NCBI GenBank assembly: GCA_963575745.1
Contig: CAUYUJ010000224.1
Coordinates: 1-64,000, forward strand
Reading direction: 5' to 3'
Length of the DNA: 64,000 nucleotides
Origin: Prorocentrum cordatum
Lineage: Eukaryota
Below are positions 12,983 through 26,084 of this stretch, piece after piece. Made by a program: the position numbers and the translations under genes. Position 1 is the stretch's first letter. Each line of letters opens with the position of its first letter. Below the pieces are notes generated by a model. It saw only the letters and a program-made list of their open reading frames with translations. It made no database searches and was not told where the DNA came from.

Positions 12983-14555
12983 TCATGTTAAGACTGATCG
13001 CTCTGATCTGCTCGAGTGTCATTCAACGTGTATGTCCCGAACCCTCGATACCCGCCCTCTTCGTCTTCGATCGTATCCCTCTTGGGGTGTAAATCTTTCT
13101 TCCGTGCAGGCCGGGCCCCAGCAAGCGGCGGGACGGCCGCGGACAGTCGGCCTGGCCAGCGGCAGCGCTGATCGGCGGCAACCCGACCCCAAAAGAGACG
13201 GACAGGGGACCGACCACGACGACGACGACGACGAGCGAAAGCGAGAGCGAGAGCGACAGCGGGGCCACGAAGGGCAGGAAGGAGGCCACAACGGGCGACA
13301 GCGGGGCCACGCTGGGTATGCATACGGAGCCACGACGGGCACGAACGAGCTGGGGCCACGAAGGGCAGATAATGCAGGGGCCACAGCGGGCAACGACGGG
13401 GCCACTGAGGGTAGCGACGGGGCCACGTAGGACAGCGAGGGGACCACGAAGGGCGACAGCGGGGCTACGAAACGCATGAATGTGGGGCCACGACGGGCGC
13501 GAACGAGCGGGGGCCACGAACGGCATACGTAGATTGGGCCGCAGAGGGCAAGGACGGGGCCACTGAGGGTAGCAACGGGGCCACGAAGGGCAGCGAGGGG
13601 GCCACGAAGGGCGACAGCAGGGCTACAAGCGCATGCGGATGAGGCCACGACGGGCGCGAGCGAGCGGGGGCCACGAAGAGCATACATATATGGGGCCACG
13701 AAGGGCGGCGAGGGGGCCACGAAGGGCTGCAACGGGGCCACGAAGGGCAGCGAGGGGGCCACGAAGGGCGGCCACGGGGCCACGAAGGGCAGCGAGGGGA
13801 CCAGGAAGGGCTGCAACGGGGCCACAAAGGGCATACAGATATGGAGCCACGAAGGGCTGCAACGGGGCCACGGAGGGCAGCGAGGGGACCACGAAGGACT
13901 GCAACGGTGCTAACCAAGGGCAGCGAGAGGCCACGAACGGCTCCAACGGGGCTACGAAGGGCAGCGAGGGGGACAGGCCACGAAGGGCAGCAACGTGGCC
14001 ACGAATGACAGCGAGGGGACCACGAAGGGCTGCAACGGGCCCACGAAGGGCAGCGGGGGGGCCACGAAAGACTGTACCGGGGCCACGAAGGGCAGCGAGA
14101 TCCCGATTCTTAAATGATTTGTGAGGGAGTCCTAAGCGTGAGCGCGATTCCTGGGTGCCTGAGTGTCGCGAGCGCGGCGCTTTTGCAAATTCCGGGGACT
14201 TCCAACGCGAGAGCGCGATTCTTAAATTGCAAGCAAGTCTCCAGAGAGAGCGCGACTCCTGAGCGTCGAGAGAGCGATTCCTGCATAAATTGCAAGGAAA
14301 TCCAAAGCGATATCGCGACTCCTGCGTAAAATGCTAGGAAGTCTCAGGCGGGTGCGGGGGTCCTGGCTAATTTGTGAGGAAGTCTTATGCAGAAGCCATT
14401 GTTGTTGTAATCTGGGGGCCAACAACCTATTTTGAACCGAGTAATTTTCCATTATAAGACATCCTGGTGCGAGCCCCAGGGGAAGCACTTCAATCGGAAA
14501 AGCATTATGGTCACCGGAGGGGGATCAACAATAATTACTCTCCAGTAGTGGGATA
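12983..14555. mobile_element. Family B copy 3 with an expanded internal GGGGCCACGAAGGGC sub-repeat array of about 21 bp
   Basis: Family B termini. The array spans about 13260-14100. Confidence 0.7.
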
Positions 14556-14649
14556 TCACAACAACAACAACAACCACTACAACTACAACTACAACTACAA
14601 CAACAACAACAACAACGGCAACAGCAACAACTGCAACAACAACAAACAT

Positions 14650-16890
14650 GTTTAGACGGGTCGCTCTTTTCTGCTCGCGTGCCATTCAACACGTCTATCC
14701 CAAACCCTTGATACCCGCCCTCTTCGTCTTCGATCGTACCTCTTTAGGAGTAGATACTTCTTGCCTGCAACGTGTATTTCGTGCAGCCCCTAAGGCAGAG
14801 GAAGAGAAGACGAATGGAAGGAAGGGACGAGGGGGAGGTAGGAGGATGGAGCACGAGAGAGAATAGCAGGAGGGGGTGTAGTAGCAGAAAACACGTGGCA
14901 GAACCAGACGGGCAGATCGGGCGGGTAGGATAGACCCTAACAGGCGGGTCGGGAAGGCGAGCCCAGGCGGCCAGGTCGAGCAGGCGGGTTGCTGAAACGT
15001 GCGTCCTGCATGAATCGTGAGGACGTCTCAAGCGATAGCGCGATTCCCAAATACATCGTGAGGAAATCTACAGCAAGAGCGTGATTCTTGAGTGTCGAGG
15101 GCGCGGCGTCTGAATAAATTGCGACGAAGTCCCACGCGAAAGCGCAAGTCGTTTAGACATTGTGAGGACGTCTCGCGCGAGATCGCATTTGGGGAATAAT
15201 TCGTGAGGAGGTATCAGGCGGGAGCCGCTGTTGTTGTTGTAAACTGGGGGCCAGGGGCACAGTTCAATGACACTTCACTTCCCCTTGTACAAAGCAAGGT
15301 GCGAGCCCCACGGGAAGTACTTTAACTAAAAAACAAATGGTTACCGGGCAGGGGGGATCAACAATCATTTGAAAACTGTTCGCTCTTATCTGCTCGAGTG
15401 CCCGTCAACACGTATATCCCAAACCCCAGATACCGGCCCTCTTCGTCTTCGATCGTACCACGTTAGGGGTATGTCGTTCTTGCCTGCAACGTGTATTTCG
15501 TTTAGCCCATGAGGCAGGGGAAGAGGAGGACGAATGAAAGGAAGGGACAAGGGGGAGGGAGGAGGATGGAGCGCGAGAGAGAGTATCAGGAGGGGGGCCA
15601 GGAGCAGAAAGCACGTGGCAGAACCAGACGGGCAGATCGGGCGGGTAGAAACCTTCACGGGCGGATCGGGAAGGCGTGCCCAGGCGGCCAGGTCGAGCAG
15701 GCGGCTTGCTGAAGCGTGCGTCCTGCATGAATCGCGAGGACGTCCCGAGCGACAGCGCGATTCCCAAATAAATCGTGAGGAAATCCGCAGCAAGAACCTG
15801 CTTCCTGAGTGTCGAGGACGCGGCGTTTGAATCAATTGCAAGGAAGTCCCACGCGAGAGCGCGATTCCTGCATAAATCGTGAGGAAGTCCTACGCGAGAA
15901 CGCGATTTGGGAATACACGGTGAGGAAGTATCAGGCGGGAACCGCTATTGCTGTAAACTGGGGACCAGGGGCACACTTTGGTGATATTTAACTTCCCCTG
16001 ACAAGAACAATGCGCGATCCCCAGGAGAAGCATTTCAATTGAAAAAACAAATGGTTACCGGGCAGGGGGGATCAACTATAAGTATTATTCAGCAGTGAAA
16101 GTTGAACAACAGCAACAACAACAACAACAACAGCAGAAGCAACAACAACAATACTGCTAAGACTGCTCAAGTTTTATACGCTGACGTGCCATTCAACACG
16201 TATATTCCAAAAATTCGATACCCGACCTCTTCGTCTTCGATCGTGCCCCCTTGGGAGTATATCGTTTTTCCTGCAATGTGCATTTCGTGCAGCCCCTGAA
16301 GCAGGGGACGAAAGGACAAATGGAAGGAAGGGACAAGGGGGAGGGAGAAGGATGGAGCACGAGAGAGAGTATCAGGAGGGGGACTAGGAGCAGAAAGCAC
16401 GTGGCAGAACCAGACGGGCAGATCGGGCGGGTAGAAACCTTCACGGGCGGATCGGGAAGGCGTGCCCAGGCGGCCAGGTCGAGCAGGCGGCTTGCTGCTG
16501 AAGCGTGCGTCCTGCATGAATCGCGAGGAAGTCCCGAGCGTCAGCGCGATTCCCAAATAAATCGTGAGGAATTCCGCAGCGAGAACCTGACTCCTGAGTG
16601 TCAAAGGTGCGGCGTCTGAATAAATTGCAAGGACGTCCCACGCGAGAGCGCGGTCTCCGTATAAATTGTGAGGAAGTCCCACGCAAGAACGCGATTTGGG
16701 AATACATGGTGAGGAAGTATCAGGCGTGAGCTGTTGTTGTTCTAGTTCGGGGCCCAACAACCCAGTTTGGTAATACCTCGCTCTCCCTTGTATAAAACAG
16801 GGTGCGAGCCCCAGGAGAAGCACTTCAATTGAAAAAACAAATGGTTACCGGGCAGGGGGGGATCAACAACCATTATCCTATGGATGAGAA
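14650..16890. mobile_element. Three head-to-tail family B subfamily copies (about 14650-15365, 15365-16100, 16155-16890)
   Basis: cacgtggcagaaccagacgggcagatcgggcgggtag and aaaaaacaaatggttaccgggcaggggg(g)atcaac each occur three times. Confidence 0.8.
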
Positions 16891-16891
16891 C

Positions 16892-17140
16892 TCAACAACA
16901 ACAGCAGCAACACCAACAACAACGACAAAAACCACAATCACAACCAATATCACAACCACAATCACAACCACAACCACCCACAACAACAATCACTACACAT
17001 GGCAGTATCAATAACAGCAACAACAGCAACAGCAATAGCAACAGCCACAACGATAGCAACAGCAACAACAACAACGGCAACAACTAACAATAGCAGCAAC
17101 GACAACGACAACAACAACAACAACCACAACGACAACCCCC

Positions 17141-17225
<85 letters not shown>

Positions 17226-17435
17226 GCAACAACAACAACAACCACAACAACCACAGCAACCACAAACACAACCACAACAATAGCAAGCATCACAATGATA
17301 ATAACAACAACGACAACCACAACAACCAACAACAATAACAACAATGACCACGATAACGACAGCAAAGGCAACAACGACAACAACACTAACAACACTAACG
17401 TCAACAACAACGGCAGCAGGAGCAAGAACAACATG
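16892..17435 (+). repeat. (CAA)n microsatellite with degenerate flanks
   Basis: Direct reading. Confidence 0.95.
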
Positions 17436-17938
17436 AACTTTCAGAGATTGGTGCGGAGTTCTTGGATCGGCGCTGGACCCCGGGGCGGCGCTGAAGGCGC
17501 CGCCAGGGCGCTCCAGCGCAGAACCAAGGAATCTGCGCGGACACCCGAAAGGGATATTCTAATGCTGCTGTCTATTCGAGCAACGCCGACGCCCTCGCCG
17601 ACGCGCAGCCGAGTCCCTAGACCAGCGCTCTCCACGACTCGCAAAGGAACTGCTCGCACAAGGCCGCTCTCGTCGAGCCAAGCATGTGTTCTTCGGCCGT
17701 TTTCGGCTACAGGCAAGAGTGACCCTGGTTAAGAGTGACCTTTGGTGCGCGGCCTTTGGGGGGCCGCGGGGGGACCAGACATGAGCGCTCAAAACGCTAC
17801 TGCCTCATCGCGTTCGGGTGCCCGGGGACCCCAGTGGGCCTGCACCAGAGGTCACTCCGGCGAAGGGTCACTCCTGCGTGTGGTCGACGCTTGCGAGTCG
17901 GCCCTCTGCGAGCAGTGGAGAACGCACTCGGTCGCGTC

Positions 17939-18009
17939 CTGGCCAGCGCGTAGGCCAGCATCGACAGCCCCCGGGGCTCCAGGCGCGCCAGGGAGGCGCG
18001 GGCGCGCTC
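17939..18009 (-). CDS. Exon with an OPR-like motif (ERARASLARLEPRGLSMLAYALAR)
   Basis: Acceptor CAG|G and possible donor AG|GA. Very high GC3. Resembles the octotricopeptide consensus (L/F-x-P-Q/R-x-L-S-N-x-x-W-A-x-A). Confidence 0.65.
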
Positions 18010-18514
18010 CTGCAGCCGGGGCCACGCGCCCCCGCCGCCCTGCGGCGGCAGGGCGCCCCCTGCGACCTTGCCGGCGGGAGGGGCCCGGGCCTCGGGGCGC
18101 TCTGTGCTGGGCCCCTCGGAGGGGGCCTCCCGGGGCGGCCTGGAGGTCGTGCTCCTACGTCGGCAGCAGCCCAGGCTCTCCGTTTGGGGGGGGGAGGGTT
18201 CTCCACGGCACGCTCCCGCGCCGCTCCCACGCTTCCCTGCTCCGGGCAGGGTCGCCTGGCGCTCGCTGCTGGAAGGGTTGCTGGGGATACGCACCGCGTC
18301 AAGCGACCCCGGCCGTGGCGGCGAGGAGCCTCCCGGAGGCCCCACGAGGGCCGAAGGCGTCCAGAAGCACTGGACAAGCGCGCTCCAACAATCGCAAAGC
18401 AGCTGCTCGCTTACGATCCACGACATCGAGGCAAGCGCGTGTTTTGTCCGGCGTCTGCGAGCAGGCACTCTGCGAGGAGTGGGACGCGCTCGGTGAGCCC
18501 AGAAGCATTAGCAC

Positions 18515-18585
18515 CTCGTGATGACCTTGGGGACCTGTGCGACCGCGACGACGACGTTGCCGGCGTCGAACCGCGGCAGCTCCGC
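18515..18585 (-). CDS. Exon of the OPR/RAP-like protein (AELPRFDAGNVVVAVAQVPKVITR)
   Basis: Acceptor GAG|G and donor AG|GT (alternative AAG|GT at 18526). Continues the 20670-20789 exon in frame. Confidence 0.65.
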
Positions 18586-18769
18586 CTCACACGCGCGCGC
18601 CCGAGCACCCGGGGGACGCGCGCGCGAGGGGGGAACGGAGGAGAGGGGATGGCGGGAGAGCTCGAGGGGAGGAGGATCTCCCTCAAGGGAGAGGGAGGGG
18701 GAGGGAGGAGGAGAGGGATGGAGGGAGATGGAAGGAGAGGGAGGGAGGGAGAGGGGAGGAGGCAAGCCA

Positions 18770-20395
18770 GGTGTGCCCGCGTCATGTCTGACGTCCTACC
18801 CCTCCCTCCCATTCCTTACCATGGCGCAGATCTCCTCTCTATTCGCACAATCGGATGTCGTAGCATGGCACAGCATTGTGTTGAAGATTCACGCGTAGCA
18901 TGGCATAGCACGGCCCAAAGTGTGGGGGGGGGCCTCCGCGGCCCAAACGATCAACGAATCGGCACTGAATGTGGAATCACTTCCGATGGGTTCTTCGGGA
19001 GGCCATTGTCTAAATTTTGGGGCCTATTTGGAAGGACCGAAAACCATGCCGTGGCATGGCGCTGGAAGTAATGACGCCAGCGCTACAGCGGGAGCACGAT
19101 TCGGAACGAGCGGAGGCGCGGAAATGAGGCCAGCGCTGCAGCGGGAGCACGATTCGAAACGAGCGGTAGCCCGAAAATAGAGCCAGCGCTTCAGCGAGAG
19201 CAGCATTTTGAACGAAAGCCCAAGCGCGGAAGCGCGGAAATGAGGACGCGTAGCCTGACATAGTATGGCGTGGCGACGCCCCAAAGTGGGAGGGCTTCTG
19301 CGGCCCAAAAATCAACGAATCGACAACGAATGTGGAATTACTTCCGATGGTTCTTGGTGGCCATGTTTTTAATGTTGGGGCCATCTGGAAGGACCGAAAA
19401 CCATGCCGTGGCATGGCGCTGGAAGTAATGACGCCAGCGCTACAGCGGGAGCACGATTCGGAACGAGCGGAGGCGCGGAAATGAGGCCAGCGCTGCAGCG
19501 GGAGAACGATGCGGAACGAGCGGTAGCCCGAAAATAGAGCCAGCGCTTCAGCGAGAGCAGCATTTTGAACGAAAACCCAAGCGCGGAAGCGCGGAAATGA
19601 GGACGCGTAGCCTGACATAGCATGGCGTGGAGGGCTTCTGCGGCCCAAAAATCAACGAATCGACACCGAATGTGGAATTACTTCCGATGGTTCTTGGTGG
19701 CCATGTTTTTAATGTTGGGGCCATCTGGAAGGACCGAAAACCGTGCGGTGGCATGGCGCTGGAAGTAATGACGCCAGCGCTACAGCGGGAGCACGATTCG
19801 GAACGAGCGGAGGCGCGGAAATGAGGCCAGCGCTGCAGCGGGAGCACGATTCGAAACGAGCGGTCGCCCGAAAATAGAGCCAGCGCTTCAGCGAGAGCAG
19901 CATTTTGAACGAAAGCCCAAGCGCGGAAGCGCGGAAATGAGGACGCGTAGCCTGACATAGCATGGCGTGGCGACGCCCCAAAGTGGGGGGGGGCTTCTGC
20001 GGCCCAAAAATCAACGAATCGACACCGAATGTGGAAGCACGTCCGATGGTTTCTTCGGGCGGCCATTCTCTAAATTTTGGGGCCGATTTGGAAGGACCGA
20101 AAACCATGCGGTGGCATGGCGCTGGATGTAATGACGCCAGCGCTACAGCGGGAGCACGATTCGGAACGAGCGGAAGCGCGGAAATGAGGCCAGCGCTGCA
20201 GCGGGAGCACGATTCGAAACGAGCGGTAGCCCGAGAATGAGGCCAGCAGCGAGAGCAGCGCTTTGACAAACAACAAAAAAACGAAAACCCAACTCCCGAG
20301 AGTCCTGCGGAAAAAAACAGTGCGCGGAGGAGGGCCGAACAACCCCCGGACGTCACCAGGGGATGGAGGAGAGTGGTATTCATGTCTAAGTGTAG
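18770..20395 (+). mobile_element. Non-coding element with about 3.8 internal tandem units of about 350 bp
   Basis: Units start near 18920, 19286, 19627 and 19983. Both termini have inverted homologues at 26085-26690. Confidence 0.7.
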
Positions 20396-20669
20396 GAGGG
20401 ATGCAGGGGGACAGGGAGAGAGGACCCCGACGACGACTCCCTCGCGAAGGGAGGGAGGGAGGGAGGCAGGGGGTGAGGCACGGAGGAGGAGCGGAGCCAC
20501 GATGTGAAGGAGGGGAGGAAGAGAGGTAGGGAGAGAGGAGAGGGATGGAGGGAGGAAGAGGAGGAGGAGGACGAGGAAGAGAGGACGGGAGGGAGAGAGA
20601 GAGGGAGGGAGGGATATAGAGAGAGATGGACGAGGAAGAGGAGGACGAGGATGAGGACAAGGACGGCGC

Positions 20670-20789
20670 CTCCGCGATGGCAAGCAGACCGTGCAGCGTC
20701 TCCTGCGCTCGCAGCTCCGCGTCCAGCTCGACGCAGCGCTGGTGCCGCACGCCGATCGACGCGAAGATTGGCGGCGGCCCAGACTTCCC
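20670..20789 (-). CDS. Exon of the OPR/RAP-like protein (GKSGPPPIFASIGVRHQRCVELDAELRAQETLHGLLAIAE)
   Basis: 120 nt, phase 0/0, CAG|G acceptor and GAG|GC donor. High-GC3 island between purine tracts. Confidence 0.7.
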
Positions 20790-20899
20790 CTGGCGAGGAG
20801 GGGGATGGAGAGGGGGGCGGGACGACGGAGGAGGAGAATCGGGAAGGGGACCAGGAAGAGGATGGAGAAGGACCATGGCGGGGGAGGAGGAGGAGAGGG

Positions 20900-21450
<551 letters not shown>

Positions 21451-21829
21451 ACCACAGTGCACTCAGGATGCATCGATGATGCTGCAATACACCATCCTGT
21501 CCAGAGCTTCCTTCACTACAGGAAGGCGGCTCCCATTGAGAGACGAGGGCCCCAGTAGCTAGCCATTCAAGGAAGCCCCGTTTGGAAAAGGAATCGCAAT
21601 CCATCGATCTAGCTATAAGAAGCGCCACGGAGTATACCAATATATATATATATATATGTGTACTAGAACCATCGCGCGCGTCGCGCGCGCTAGGTTCTAG
21701 CTGATCGATTGCTGACCGCATTCAGACAACAAGGCGGTCATGAATAATGAAATCAAAAGTATATGTTTCCTCCTGCCTCTTCCTCATTCTTCCGCCTCCG
21801 CTCTCATCGACCGGTCGACTGGTGATCTG

Positions 21830-22560
21830 TCACCAAGCTTCTTGGGGACCTCTTGACCCCTCCTGGGGGTCTCCTGGGGCGAAGATCTCGGGTTCTCGGT
21901 TCACGTTCCCGATAGTGGCCTTCGTTGGTTAGAGGCCCCTTGAAAGTTCGCTTGGAATTCGTGGAGGGCTTCCCGGGAGCCGCTTGAAGGCAGCTTTGGA
22001 GGCCTCTTGGGGGCCGTTTGGGGTGCTCGTGGAGCGTCTTTGGGGGCCCCTTTGGGGCCTCGTGGGGCCTCTAGGGGGCTACTAGTGGGCGATCTTGGGC
22101 GCCTCTTGGGCCGTCTTGGGGCACTCTTGGGCCGTCTTGGGACTCTCTTGCGACGTCGTGGCGCCCTTTTTGGGTGCTTCTTAGGCCGTCTTGAGCTGAC
22201 TTCTGGGGCCTCGTGGGCTGTCTTGGACCGTCGGAAGCACGAAACAGCGAGAACACGAAAGACCTTCAAAAACAATCGAACTGATCTACTTGTTTCGCCT
22301 CCCGAGTGCCTCGTGGGAGTCCTTTTGAAGCCATCGTGGCCGTCTTGAAGCCCTCTTGGGCTGTCTTCAAGCCGTGTTGGACCAATTTTAGAGCGCTCTT
22401 GTGCGGTCTTGGGCTCTTTTGGAGCGCTTTTGGGCCATCTTGGCGCCCTCTTGGGCGTCTCTCGGCCCCCTTTGACGTTTTTTAGCGCCCCCCGCCGGGC
22501 CCGAAACGGCCGGAAGACAAATCAGTGCATTTTGGGTGCCCTGGGACTCCGACCCATACA
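21830..22560. repeat. Degenerate (TCTTGGGGCC)-type minisatellite element between (TA)n tracts
   Basis: Recurrent tcttggg/gccgtcttgg. A related tract lies at 7865-7960. Confidence 0.6.
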
Positions 22561-23149
22561 TATATATATAGAGAGAGATACATACATCTATGTGTTGTAC
22601 ATGTACATATACATATATACATATGTACATAGAATATATATATATATATATATACATACATAAAAATATGTATATGCATATATATATAATATATTATATA
22701 TAATATATATATATATATGTGTGTGCTTATGTGTGCATGTATATGTGTAAATCGATGTGTATGTATGCCTTCACGTATACACTAACATGTGCATAACAGT
22801 ATGGACACTTCAGACACCACATCAGAGCGAAGGTCTTGTCTGATAAAGTCTCCCTCTATGATCGTAGCTGGCGCACGCACTGACATCCTGACCATAGAAT
22901 GCAAAACTCCCTGAAGAGGTCCCCGTGTTGAAGATAAATCGCCCTTCATCCGCGTTATGTGTTCACACTTCTGGCAACAGAGAATGATGGAAGCATCGGG
23001 ACGAGATCCCCATGGGCTAGCCATTCAAGGAAGCGCGGTGCTGGAAAGGAGCCACCATCATCTCTCTAATGAGAAAAAGCGCCGCGGGTCATGGCCATGA
23101 TTACCACAAACTAGCCTGGCGAAGGACCCAACCATATGCAGTTGTGAAT

Positions 23150-25135
23150 GCCGCAATTGTGCTGGGTGGTGGCGGACGCATGCGGGCGGTGCCACTGGGA
23201 CCTTCGGTGGAGCTCCCTATGGGGCCACGAAACGCTGTACTGGGTGGGCGAGACGCGGTCAGCAAGGGCTGTGCTGCGTGGTGGCGGACGCATGCGAGCG
23301 GTGCCACTGGGACCTTCGGTGGAGCTCCCTATGGGGCCACGAAACGCTGTACTGGGTGGGTGAAACGCAGGCAGGGAGCAAGGGCTGCGCAGGGTGGTGG
23401 CGGACGCATGCGGGCGGTGCCGCTGGGACCTTTGGTGGAGCTCCCTATAGGGCTACGAAGCGCTGTTCTGGGTGGGTGAAGCGCAGGGAACAAGGGCTGT
23501 GCTGGGTGGTGGCGGACGCAAGCGGGCAGTGCCACTGGGACCTTTGGTGGAGCCCCCTATGGGGCCACGAAACGTGCGAGGGGTGTGCCAGAATGGGGTG
23601 TGGAACCGCATGCCAGCGCAGCCACTGGGGCCTTCGGTGGAGCTCCCTATGGAGCCACGAAACGTGTGAGGGGTGTGCCGAAATGGGGGGTGGAACCGCA
23701 TGCGAGCGCAGCCACTGCGGCGTTCGGTGGAGCTCCCTATGGGGCCACGAGACGTGTGAAGGGCGTGCCGAAAAAGGGTGTGGAACTGCATGCGAGCGCA
23801 GCCACTGGGGCCTTCGGTGGAGCTCTCTATGGGGCCACGAACCGTGTGAGGGGTGTGCCGAAATGGGGGGGGGAACCACATGCGAGCGCAGCCACTGGGG
23901 CGTTCGGTGGAGCTCCCCATGGAGCCACCCACGAAGCGTGTGAGGGGTGTGCCGAAATGGGGGGTGGAACCGCATGCGAGCGCAGCCACTGGGGCCTTCG
24001 GTGGAGCTCCCTATGGGGCCACGAAACGTGTGAGGGGTGTGCCAGAATGGGGGGTGGAACCGCATGCGGGCGCAGCCACTGGGGCCTTCGGTGGAGCTCC
24101 CTATGGGGCCACGAAACGTGTGAGGGGTGTGCCAGAATGGGGGGTGGAACCGCATGCGGGCGCAGCCACTGGGGCCTTCGGTGGAGCTCCCTATGGGGCC
24201 ACGAAACGTGTGAGGGGTGTGCCAGACTGGGGGGTGGAACCGCATGCGGGCGCAGCCACTGGGGCCTTCGGTGGAGCTCCCTATGGGGCCACGAAACGTG
24301 TGAGGGGTGTGCCAGAATGGGGGGTGGAACCGCATGCGGGCGCAGCCACTGGGGCCTTCGGTGGAGCTCCCTATGGGGCCACGAAACGTGTGAGGGGTGT
24401 GCCAGAATGGGGGGTGGAACCGCATGCGGGCGCAGCCACTGGGGCCTTCGGTGGAGCTCCCTATGGGGCCACGAAACGTGTGAGGGGTGTGCCAGAATGG
24501 GGGGTGGAACCGCATGCGGGCGCAGCCACTGGGGCCTTCGGTGGAGCTCCCTATGGGGCCACGAAACGTGTGAGGGGTGTGCCAGAATGGGGGGTGGAAC
24601 CGCATGCGGGCGCAGCCACTGGGGCCTTCGGTGGAGCTCCCTATGGGGCCACGAAACGTGTGAGGGGTGTGCCAGAATGGGGGGTGGAACCGCATGCGGG
24701 CGCAGCCACTGGGGCCTTCGGTGGAGCTCCCTATGGGGCCACGAAACGTGTGAGGGGTGTGCCAGAATGGGGGGTGGAACCGCATGCGGGCGCAGCCACT
24801 GGGGCCTTCGGTGGAGCTCCCTATGGGGCCACGAAACGTGTGAGGGGTGTGCCAGAATGGGGGGTGGAACCGCATGCGGGCGCAGCCACTGGGGCCTTCG
24901 GTGGAGCTCCCTATGGGGCCACGAAACGTGTGAGGGGTGTGCCAGACTGGGGAGTGGAACCGCATGCCAGCGCAGCCACTGGGGCCTTCGGTGGAGCTCC
25001 CTATGGGGCCACGAAACGTGTGAGGGGTGTGCCAGAATGGGGGGTGGAACCGCATGCGGGCGCAGCCACTGGGGCCTTCGGTGGAGCTCCCTATGGGGCC
25101 ACGAAACGTGTGAGGGGTGTGCCAGAATGGGTGTG
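23150..25135 (+). repeat. 90-bp tandem satellite, homogeneous at about 23960-25130 and degenerate to the left
   Basis: cgcatgcgggcgcagccactggggccttcggtggagctccctatggggccacgaaacgtg... at 24061, 24151, 24241 and onward. Confidence 0.97.
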
Positions 25136-25289
25136 GGAGGGGGAGGAGGGGGGAGGAAGGGGAGGAGAAGGAAGGAGGAGGAAGGAGGAACGCGGGGCGA
25201 CGTCTCTTCAAAACGAGGACCCAACACCACAGGATGGTTGGGAAAAAACATCAAGCGAGTGTGCCATTGAGTGTCCCCTCGACCAATGT

Positions 25290-25610
25290 ACCTGTTGCGC
25301 ACGCTTGCATCCGGGCCAGAAAATGCTAAACCCTGGGGAAATCTCCGCGTAGACAAAACGCTACTCATTCGTGATAGCTTGGCCGTAGGCATTACGGAAG
25401 CATCGAGAGAGCACACCATTTTCAGAAAGGCAAAGCCCTCCGTCCTTACTGTTAGATTGCTTAGCACGAAAGCGCGCTGCGCTAAAGCGAGACCCCCATT
25501 TTGAAAACGATCCGCCCTCCATCCGTGTACCTGGTAGAAACTTCGAGCTTCAGGGCGAAAATGGTTAGGAGGTCCCTGGCGAAACGTCCAGCCTGCCCTA
25601 CCAAAACATG
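25290..25610 (-). mobile_element. Family C partial copy
   Basis: The reverse complement contains gatggagggcggatcgttttcaaaatg...tctcgctttagcgc and a family C left-end-like motif. Confidence 0.55.
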
Positions 25611-25655
25611 AGAGGGCACAGGAGAAGGGAAGAGGTGAGGGGGAAGAGGGAGGCG

Positions 25656-25703
<48 letters not shown>

Positions 25704-26084
25704 CACGACCACGACGACGACGACGACGACGAGACGGATGAGGAAAAGGAAAGGGATGAGGAGCAGAAAGGGGCGGGGAAGGAGGGGGGCGAGGAGGACA
25801 AAAGGGAGAAGGGGGCAGGATAAGGGGCGAAAACTACCCTTTTTTCATATTTTCCTATATAAAAATACTATTCCGTCGAATATGTATATATATATGTATA
25901 CATACATACATACATACATACATACATACGTACATACATACATACATATATGAAACATATCATCGCTCACCCTCCACTGCTTCCTCCCCCTCCCCCCCTA
26001 CTCCTCCCCCTTCCCCCTCCTCCTCCTCCTCCTCCTCCTCCTCCTCCTCCTCCTCCTCCTCCTCATCCCCCTTCTTTCCCTCCA

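Noticed and set aside
23150..25135. CRISPR-like look of the 90-bp array (also 37030-37850) and its 500-590 aa ORFs
   Set aside because: The segments between conserved cores are homologous to each other rather than unique spacers, there are no cas genes, and the context is eukaryotic. The ORFs are open on both strands because the stop-poor unit is a multiple of 3.
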